The notes under the pieces: generated by a model | Databases searched by the model: none | The model's input: the letters and a program-made list of their open reading frames with translations, nothing else | Told to the model about the DNA's origin: nothing | Program-made: the position numbers and the translations under genes | NCBI GenBank assembly: GCA_965178125.1 | Contig: OZ237745.1 | Location: 1,178,001-1,242,000 of the forward strand | Length of the DNA: 64,000 bases | Reading direction: 5' to 3' | Source: Bilabrum cf. latius | Lineage: Eukaryota | Shown: positions 55,519-64,000 of the stretch, piece by piece | How positions within the stretch are numbered: position 1 is the stretch's first letter | Layout of the letters: each line of letters opens with the position of its first letter

Positions 55519-55842
55519 CCTGGGCAAGACGTGGCGGTGTGCGACTCGGAGTCGAAAGTGCCACCGAGGCGTGTGACTGCCGCTTCTGGAGCCCACCACA
55601 CCGTCTCGGCCCCAGATGCCTCACGTGCTGCTGGGAGATCGGGCGATGCGGCAACGGACGAGGCAGCCATCGCGTCCGCCCGTTAGATGCACGAATTCCT
55701 GTGCGCCGCGACGCAGGAGCTGGCTGAGCGGCTGCAGACAGCTCTCGAGCGGGCGGAACGGGCAGAACGAGAGCTCGCAAGGAGTGAGAGGGCGCGGGAG
55801 TACTGGCGCGGGGAGGCTGTGCGGTTGAGAGACGAGCAGTAA
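53517..55842 (+). CDS. Hypothetical low-complexity protein with C-terminal coiled coil; probable exon 1 at 53517-53543 and intron 53544-53676
   Basis: One frame from 53677 to TAA 55840 with about 10 in-frame TAGs. GTGAGC donor and CCGCAG acceptor give a phase-0 join. Contains a (CAG)n tract at ~55471-55515. Confidence 0.6.
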
Positions 55843-56427
55843 GCGAGCCGATGGCATTGGCAGCCCGAGCGTGGCAGCAGCTACTAGTAGGTGGGGGCGG
55901 AGAGGAGTCCAGGAGAATATAATGGGCTGAATAAATGAATGATTAGCATATTGTATGTTGCAGTGTATGCAGTATGGTCATCCGGAAGGGGTGCGAGTCA
56001 ATTCCGATTTTCTTTGCCATTCTAGTAAGGTGCAGTTTCGTGCCTCCGGCTCCAGGAACAAGACGGGGAGTCATCTGGTCTGAGAGGCCGGAGGACCTGC
56101 GCTTCATAGCTGGATTTCGTATCGCTACATAGTCTTGACTAAAGAAAAGACATATAGGCAGGAATCTTGCCACTTTCGAGTGAGGCAAAGGTGTTTAGAC
56201 TCGAGTCCGCAATTTTGAGGTGCACGGTCTCTATCCGTCATTATCGACTGCACCCTAACGCGTCTATGTATGCTACACCATAGATTAATGCACTATTTTT
56301 GTGTCCGACATCGCGCAGACTCTGATAAACGGCGCATTTGGGGGCAGTTTTTGCTCGTCGCTTCGCTGCCTGCATTGTGCGTTCTTTCAAGGCATCTGAC
56401 ATAGCCAGCGGCAAAGCCTTTGGAGGG

Positions 56428-58174
56428 ATGCAAGCTTCCAGGCTACCAGACGGTTACGTTCCACTTTCAAGAGATTCATGGGACACTGCCGTTTTGTACC
56501 GCTTTCCTAGCAGTCTGAGTGTCCGGGACGAGCAAATCGATGTGGCGACGTTGCCGCTGCATCGCCTGTCATTTTGGCGCGCCTTTGGTCACAAAGGGGC
56601 ACCCCCAGCGTAGCAAGCGTATGATAGTAGAGAATCAAGAGAACCAGCGAGGTTTCACGATGTAAAACCGGAAGGCAACGATACCCTCGGCTTCGTTGGC
56701 GTCGAGGCAGAGATTGCAGGAACGACGGCATCATTTCACGCTACAGTCCCCATTACCGATGATCCTGCGTGGCCTCATGGGTATCATTATAAACATCAAC
56801 TGTAGGATAATGGTAGTATGGCTTCCCCGTTGATTGCTGCCCTCGCATACGACATCGAGATTCGGCATCGTGGGCTCAAGCGCGTTCGCCGACTAAACTT
56901 TGATAACTAGTTGTGGCTGAGTCTATGGACAGCAGTGCGGAACAATCAAGGCATACACATCGGCATTTTGGACGTCCTGAGGCATAAGGTATGCCCTGCT
57001 TGGTTCAGCCGGATCGCCAAGCTGCACGGGCCGCCGAGAGTTTCCGCAGCTGGGAACCGTGGTTCGCAGGAAGGCGACAAAGGGCCAGATCAGAAGTAGG
57101 CATCGCGTTTAGGATCAATAATTAGTGGATATAGCCCAGCATCAGCCGGGCCAGCGCTGTCTGCGTCTGGGCCCAGACCGAGCGCATATGACGCGGCGCG
57201 CGCTCACTCCGGTTTCCAAGCTGGCCGGGGGGCAGCCCAAGGGCCAGCTTCAGCAGGTGAGCAGCAGCCTTTGATGTCTTAGTTCGGGTCCACGGCTGCG
57301 GAAGCAGCATCGGACCCGTGGCAGTGGCTCACCGACGGCGACGTGCAGGAGGGCCGGACACAGGGTCATGTCCAGGGGATTTTGAGCAGCTCCTCGCGGG
57401 CTGCGATTGGCGACACGGGGCATCCTCAGTCATCCAGCAGCAGTGGGACTCATAACGCACCATCTTCCTCTTCTTCTTCCTCTTCCTCCCATGCCTCGGC
57501 AGGAGGAGGCGCTGGCGATGGTAAAGCACCGGCTGGTACCCCGGCTGGTGCCGCTGATGACGCCGCCGCTGGGCTGCAGCTGCTCAGCCAGCTGGCTGAC
57601 ACGGATGTTGGCCCAAGCAGCGGAATGGTGGCTAGTCCCGTGCAGCAGGGCATGGAAGGCAGCCCGCGCGGGGGGCAGCTGGCTCTGCATCACGCAGGGC
57701 CGGCCATGGGGCAGGGGCAGCCGTCCCCGCCCATCGGGCCTCATAGTGGTATTGCAATGCACCCACAAGCAGGCTCAGCAATGGGGAACGCGGTGATGCG
57801 GAGCAGCATGGGCACTGGCCCGGGGATGCATGGTGACCCGCGGCAGATGCAGATGCAGATGCCGTGGGGCCGGCCCCAGCTGGAGGAGGCGGAGCTGCAG
57901 GCGAGGCACGCGAGACTGCTGCAGATGCGGCGGTGGCAGCACCAGCAGATGTTCTGGCAGCAGCAGTAGCAGCAGCAGTTGCACGCACAGGAGAAGATGC
58001 TGTGGCAGAGGCAGATGCACCTGCAGGCCGTGGCCAGGGAACAGCAGCGCATGGAGGAGGAGCTGTAGCGGCGGGGGCAGGAGCTGAACAACAGGCGGCA
58101 GGCGCTCGCGGAGGACTCCTCCCGGCCACGGAACGACTCAACGACCGATGCACAGCACGGTAGAAGTGACAAAG

Positions 58175-58210
<36 letters not shown>

Positions 58211-60780
58211 TTTCTTCCGGTGATGCAACGGCAAGCAAGGCGGAATCCGACGCCGGTGTGTCGTCCTGGTCCAAGCGGCTCCTGCAGAACCAGGGAGGAG
58301 GAGGAGCGGGGCAACGCACCGACGGGACTGCGGATGCAGGCGCGAGCGATGGACAGCAGCGGCCCGCACCGGGACCCGGAGCCGAAAACCGGCCCCCTCG
58401 CACTGCAGCCGAGCTGGACGCGATGGTCCAACGACTCGAGCTCCCGGTGGCGGAGTGCAGGCCAGACGAGGCCCCACCCTCGGAGCATGGTGTGGTGCCC
58501 CAGGTGCAGGGCACGCAGTCCAGGCGCATCGTCGCGCCCGTGAGGCTGGTGGAGCTTCCAGGGAACAGCGGCACGGCGTACCCTCGGGTCATCCCGCAGG
58601 TGGACTGCGTGCGCATCCTGTCCCAGGCCTAGACACCCACGGGCACCCCCATGGCTGGGACTCCCATGGGGCTGCCGAGGGGGGACTCTGGCTCCGGGAC
58701 TGCAGCGACAGCGACAGGGGCAGGGGCAGCGACAGGGGCAGGGGCAGGGGCAGCGACAGGGGCAGGGGTATCTTCCTCCGCCTCCCCTCATGTAGGGCCA
58801 GGCGCCGAGGTTCCCGGACCCCGGCAGTGGGGCGCGAGCGTGGAGCCCGGGCTCCGTGGCTCGGCAGCGTGCATGGAGGCCATGCTCCTGTGCGCGCCCT
58901 GGAGCTCGCACGAAGACGCCATGGACCGGGCCAGGGCCGTCGCGCAGCAGGCCAAATCCCATGGGGATAGTCCGGGCTCCTCGGGCCCCGTGGAGGCAGA
59001 GGGCCCCCTGACGTGGAGCATGTCTGGGGGCAGGAAGGTGGTCCTGGTCCTCGTCAGGGGACCCGAGGCTGCCGAGGGGCTGCGGCTGCTGGAGGACATC
59101 GGGCCCGCGCTCCTTGAGAGGCAGAGCCTGAGATCGGGGGCGGCAGGGAACAGTGGGAGCGGGGAAGACGCGTCTTCGGCCGCTGCGGTTCTCCAGCGAC
59201 AGGTGGATCGGACCGGGGAGCAGCAGGGGCAGGGACGTGGACAGGGACAGAGAGGCCAGCATGAGGTGGCTGGCCTCCTCCGGCCCGGCACTGCCACTGC
59301 CCCAGGCGCAGGCACAGGAGCAGGCACTTCTGACGGAGACGCCTCCAAGACCCCCACGGGTGTGCCCCCCAGCGCCGTGCCATTCCTACCCGACTCGGGT
59401 CTCAGCGTGACCGACGGGTCAGCCCCGGCGCCGGGGGCCCCGTCCGCGGACAGGACTGCCCAGCCCGACCGGGCGCAGGGGCCCAGCCGGGGCACCCCCG
59501 CAGACCGCAGCGGCTCCGCTGCTCTGAGCCACTCACCAGCGGGATCCGGCGGCCTGTCGTCCCCCTCAGGGCTGGGGCAGCCTGAGGGCACCGCCCCGCC
59601 GGCTTTCGCAGAGGTGTCCAAGGCAGGCAGCTGCGGCAGCAGTGGCGGGGCCGGATCCCGGGCCCTGGCTGCAAGCTCGGCCAGCAACGGCGAAAGCGAG
59701 GAGCGGGGCAGTACGGAGTCTCCCAAGAGTCCTAAGTCGGTGACTGGAAGCAAGGTGGAGGGTGCATCGCATGGCAGCGCTGAGGTGTCTGAGTCCGCGT
59801 CTGCGTCTTCGAAGGGCACCGGCCTGCTGGACGCAGTCGGCGCCTCGTCCTCGTCCGCTTCTTCGTCGGCCAGCAGCCACCCGCAGGAGGGCGATGGCGG
59901 CCGCGGCAACGAGAAGGGGGCTTCCGGTGTGGGCATGGGCAGCCGGCTGCGGAGGCGGGTGCCCAAGCTGATCCGCGGGCTCTCCGTGGAGGTGGATGGG
60001 GACGAGAATGGAGGTGTGTATAGGGGCGACGGATAGAAACAGGATGGCAGCGAGGCGGGAACCAACGGCCATGCAGGTGATCTCGACGATGTGGGCACAT
60101 ACACAGCCGGTGCCGGCAGCCGTCCGACCGTGTGGCTCGTGGTGCTGCGGCTGGGGGCCGTGCACTTCAGGCACAGCCGAGGGTGGGTGCGGCTGGGCGG
60201 CCCACGGCTCGGGGAAGCCCCCCCGGTGATTGTTCCCAGAGGCATCGCAGCACTGGCCCAGGCCCAGGCACAGGGGCGAGGGCGAGGGCAGGCGATCCCG
60301 CCATTCATGCCGCAGCACTTGATGCACGCGCAGTCGCAGCAAATGCAGGCAGGCGCGGCCGGGTCTCCTGGCATGGGGCAGGGACATGGGCATGTGCAAG
60401 GCCATGGTCACTGGCAAGGACGGGTGGTGGCCCGGGGCCCAAGTCCCAGCAAGGTGCTGCCTGGGGGGGCGGGGCCTAGTGGAGCGCAGGGATACCCCCA
60501 GTACGGGGGCGGGTGGGGCGTGGGCGCCGGGGCGCCGCCACTGGCTCTCGGGGCTCAAGGGAGCGACATGCCTCCCGTACACGGCAGGCAGCAGCGGACC
60601 GTGCCCCAGACAATGGTGCTTGACGCGCTCCGGCGGGCCGTGCAGCCGCACGAGCTGCAGGCCCTCGCGGCCAGAGCGCGGGAAGCGAATCAGGGGGCGG
60701 CGCATGCGGGCCTCGGCGACAAGCGCGTGAGGGAACACCCTGATTCGGAACAGGCACAGGGCAAGCGGAGGAGGTTATGA
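56428..60780 (+). CDS. AP2-like domain protein (~1450 aa), Gln-rich and low complexity; putative transcription factor
   Basis: ATG 56428 to TGA 60778 with 9 in-frame TAGs. GFVGVEAEIAG..FHATV..IAALAYDIEIRHRGLKRVRRLNFDN matches the AP2 pattern (GV..A, AA.AYD, G..LNF). Confidence 0.68.
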
Positions 60781-60980
60781 AATGATTTTGATTGCTTTCG
60801 TGTGAACAGAATTGCATCTGTTATAAAAATGATTCGTAGTTGTAAGCATCCGAATGCGGTATCGATTTAGAGGTGGAGACATCCACTTTCCTAGAACTTG
60901 TTATGTTGCCGAATCCCAGACTGCGATCGCGAAGAACGACGCTAATGAGTAAGTCCCGGTATGAAGCAGCTCAGTAGGAG

Positions 60981-61147
60981 TATTCTCGGCTCTTAGTGGC
61001 AATGGGCGCATTGAATCGCACCCACGCCGTGGATTCCGAGACCTAGGTAGCCGGTTGATGTCGGTGACTATCCCAGGCTTGGGTCGATCTTGCCCGCAGG
61101 GAACGAGGGGAAGCCTGTCTAAGGCAGGCAGCCCCTAGCAATTAAGC
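60981..61147. repeat. 167-bp direct repeat, copy 1
   Basis: Identical by eye to 61298-61464 (offset 317 bp). Confidence 0.95.
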
Positions 61148-61297
61148 GGGCCGAAACACAGCCCAACGTTCTCACGAAATGTCTAGTCATTGAAGCCGAA
61201 GCAGTGCAGTTGCCGCTCGAACTCGATGAGCTCGTACCTGTACAGAGAGACGTATCACAAAAGAGGGGAAACATACAGATGATGCATGAGTCGGGAT

Positions 61298-61464
61298 TAT
61301 TCTCGGCTCTTAGTGGCAATGGGCGCATTGAATCGCACCCACGCCGTGGATTCCGAGACCTAGGTAGCCGGTTGATGTCGGTGACTATCCCAGGCTTGGG
61401 TCGATCTTGCCCGCAGGGAACGAGGGGAAGCCTGTCTAAGGCAGGCAGCCCCTAGCAATTAAGC
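61298..61464. repeat. 167-bp direct repeat, copy 2
   Basis: Identical by eye to 60981-61147. Confidence 0.95.
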
Positions 61465-63165
61465 AGGCCTTCTTAAAAAGACGAGCACACACATTCTCAC
61501 GGATAGTGGTGCATGCAGTCCACCCGACGTGACAGCCCATCGAATACTAATCGAGATACCTGCAAGAAGAGAGTGTTCCGCGAGACAGGTCACCAAGGGT
61601 GGTAAAAAGGCCTCCAATGGTGGTATTAATGCGGTTACGGCCAAATTAGGTTAAAAGGACGGCGACTCTTCGTCGAGAGTGGCACCCGGCCGCCCGTGAC
61701 AAGCGGCAGGCCGAGCACGCCTCATCTTCCCGACGGTGTGGGCAAGCAAGCGCCGCAGCTGCTGAAGAGCACCGCGACGCGCAAGCAAGCAATCATGAAA
61801 CAACACCAGCGCTACAGGTGCGCAGCTAGGCTGCTTTCTTCTCACATGTAATACAGGCGTCTCTCGGATCGGGTCGCTGTAACGTCTGCCGCTTGCTTGC
61901 GTGAGATCACGACAAAGCTGCTGCAAAGACCGAAATCAAGCAAGAGCATGCAATCGTACGCGATTGAAGCACATGGAACTCGATTGGATCGATGCGAATG
62001 TCGCACAGCTTTCCCAGGATACGGTCATGCCCCGCGGCCCGTCCGAGCGGCCCCGCCTTCTCAGGAGGAGCCAGACAGGCCAGAAATGGAGTCCCGCAGC
62101 CAGTATGACTGAGCGCCGGAGCCGCCTCCGACAGCGGCAAATTCCCTGATCTCGCAGTGGCGCGAATGCGACGGTACCCTCGGGATGGGGGCCCTCCGCT
62201 GACGTGTGGCCACTGCTTGTTAGCACGTGTTGATACATGCGGTCCGGCAAAGCGGCGCCGAAGCCAAAACTTACAGGTTTGCAGCAGACGAAACCTTGAG
62301 TGCGTAGTTATCGGACGGGATGTCACAACTGCCTGTGCCAGAAGAAAGGAAGCAGCATACCGTTGTAAAGAACGAATGGCGCAAGTAGCCACTGAAGCCG
62401 GCAATAGCTTCCAGGCAAGTGGAAAGTGTCGAGGTCCAGATTAGTGGGTCGGGTGCTATAGTGCCCCGCCCAACACCCGAGGACCCCGCTCGTTGGTCTA
62501 TCTTGGATCGCCCATGCCGCAGTACTTGCACCTAGGTTTGGCGCAGTCCCGCACGGAGAAGGGGCGTCCGAATGTGGCATTTCCACGCAATGCAAGGACT
62601 GAAACCTCTCACACGTTGGTCCGATGTATAAAGTGTGGTGATATGCCCTGCTTGACGCAAAAGCACTCGCAAGGAACACCAGCCGTCTCGCAGCCGCACA
62701 TTTCGTCGTCTGCAAGAAGATAGAAGTGTACACCCGCGCGTAGACCGAGACAGTGGGTGGTGCGGCTAGGTCGATAACGAGTGATGCATAAAAATGCACT
62801 ACTGTCGGCGCCAGTTAGCGCCGCTCTTGCCTTAGGGATAATTTAGGCAGAACAGCGACTCTAGATCTGAGGCCTTCTTTTTATCCATACGAAGGATCTT
62901 ACACTTGCATCCAGTCCACACAATCATAAAATTATTCCATGTTTATCTAACCGGAGAGGCTAGACAAGCATTCAGATGCTTCAGTCGAACATTTGGGACG
63001 AGAGAAGTGCGTCCTGTGCTTCAAACTTGCTGTCCGCTTTTATTGAAACAGAACGCAACAAATTCTCAAGCGAAGGTTCGGCGATCTCGCGGACCGGTCC
63101 GGTCACCACCGGACTCACCGGTGCATGCAATCCTCGTGGCGACAGAGCGCCGAGTCCGCTTATTC

Positions 63166-64000
63166 TCAGTCAGAATATGTCCATGAGGCAAGTCCCATGC
63201 CTTCCAGCTCCTCCCAGAACGACTCCGGGATCTCCTGGCCCTCCTTGAACACCGCCGAGTTCTCCTGCGCCATGGCCGCGCTGTCCGCCCCTGGGATCAC
63301 CGAGGCAACGCGAGAGTGCCGCAGCGGGAACGCTAGCGCGGCTGCCTTCAGCGACACTCCCCGCGCCTCGCACACGGCCGCAAGCTCAGCCGCCCGCTGC
63401 AGAGCGTACTGCGGTGCATCGGCGTAGTCCAGCTTGAGCTGGAAGGTCCCGTCCTCCCCTTGTTCCCTGGCCCGGCCCTTCTCCAGCAGCGACTTCCAGG
63501 CATCCGCCACCGAAGGATCAGCCCCCGCTGGTGGATCCCCTCCTCCTCCTCCTCCTCCCGCCCCCTGCTGCGCCCCCACAGCCGCAGCCACCAGCACCTC
63601 AGCCGGGGCAGCCAGCAGCCCGCTGTTGTAGGCGCCCCCCACCAGCACCCCCACGCTGTGGCTGTCAGTCTCCCGCTCGTCCAGCAGCTGCAAGAACCCC
63701 CTGCGCCCCTCCCACCTGGTCCTCGCCTCCTCCCCCCCCTGCAGTGAGGCATCGATCGGAGCAGCGTTCTCCATGAGGCTCATGCGCCCCGCCACCAGGA
63801 AGAAATCGAGCAGCGGGGACCCGTCCTCCTCCTTCAGGTCCAGGAACCGCGCCGTCCGGGCCGGGTCCAGCTCGTTCTGCCCTGCGCCCACGGCCTCCAC
63901 GCCCTCACCCTTGCCGCCGCGCATCCGCCCGAGGGCCGCCGCACCGCCCCCCTCGGTCAGCTCGGCGAAATGCTTCTCCGTGCTCTCCGGGGTCTGGTGC
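63166..64000 (-). CDS. Aldo-keto reductase (AKR15A / D-threo-aldose 1-dehydrogenase-like), 5'-truncated by the window
   Basis: DFFLVAGRMSLME, VGGAYNSGLLA, DYADAP, AVCEARGVSLKAAALAFPLRHSRVASVIPG and IPESFWEEL; ends at TGA 63166. Confidence 0.85.
   Translation of the reverse strand, partial: HQTPESTEKHFAELTEGGGAAALGRMRGGKGEGVEAVGAGQNELDPARTARFLDLKEEDGSPLLDFFLVAGRMSLMENAAPIDASLQGGEEARTRWEGRRGFLQLLDERETDSHSVGVLVGGAYNSGLLAAPAEVLVAAAVGAQQGAGGGGGGGDPPAGADPSVADAWKSLLEKGRAREQGEDGTFQLKLDYADAPQYALQRAAELAAVCEARGVSLKAAALAFPLRHSRVASVIPGADSAAMAQENSAVFKEGQEIPESFWEELEGMGLASWTYSD

Larger units (their letters stand above)
60981..62800 (-). mobile_element. Probable decayed 3' end of a tyrosine-recombinase retrotransposon (Ngaro-like)
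   Basis: Frameshifted YR-like motifs in the expected order on the minus strand: RRLVFLASAFASSR, LRHGRSKIDQRAG, LRHSF/RSLQRYAASFLLAQ. These are followed by a repeat-spacer-repeat arrangement, and the region is lower in GC than the genes. Confidence 0.5.

Noticed and set aside
60981-61464. Direct repeats as U2 snRNA copies or canonical LTRs
   Set aside because: TTCTCGGC resembles the U2 5' end, but the GTGTAGTA branch-pairing motif is absent. There are no TG...CA termini or evident target-site duplication.

Overview
GC-rich, gene-dense, intron-poor eukaryotic nuclear DNA. Its style resembles a heterotrophic protist such as a bicosoecid stramenopile, but that is inference only. The supplied ORF track is misleading because this genome appears to read TAG as glutamine. 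With TAG=Gln and TAA/TGA as stops, the fragments join into 16 protein-coding genes containing roughly 90 in-frame TAGs (manual count); 13 genes end in TGA and 3 in TAA. TAG falls on conserved Gln positions in arginase, NPL4, an EDR2-C/DUF1336 protein and a peptidase M23 domain, and inside CAG poly-Gln runs. The genes encode a PA-domain protein, an F-box/TRAF-zinc-finger protein, NPL4, CWF19-like, a ~6100-aa HECT E3 ligase, a PQ-loop transporter, two AP2-like proteins, an APH-kinase/M23 fusion, an EDR2-C protein, a secreted clan GH-A hydrolase, arginase, an aldo-keto reductase and three unknown proteins. The window also holds an intronic 27-bp minisatellite and a probable decayed tyrosine-recombinase (Ngaro-like) retroelement end with 167-bp direct repeats.
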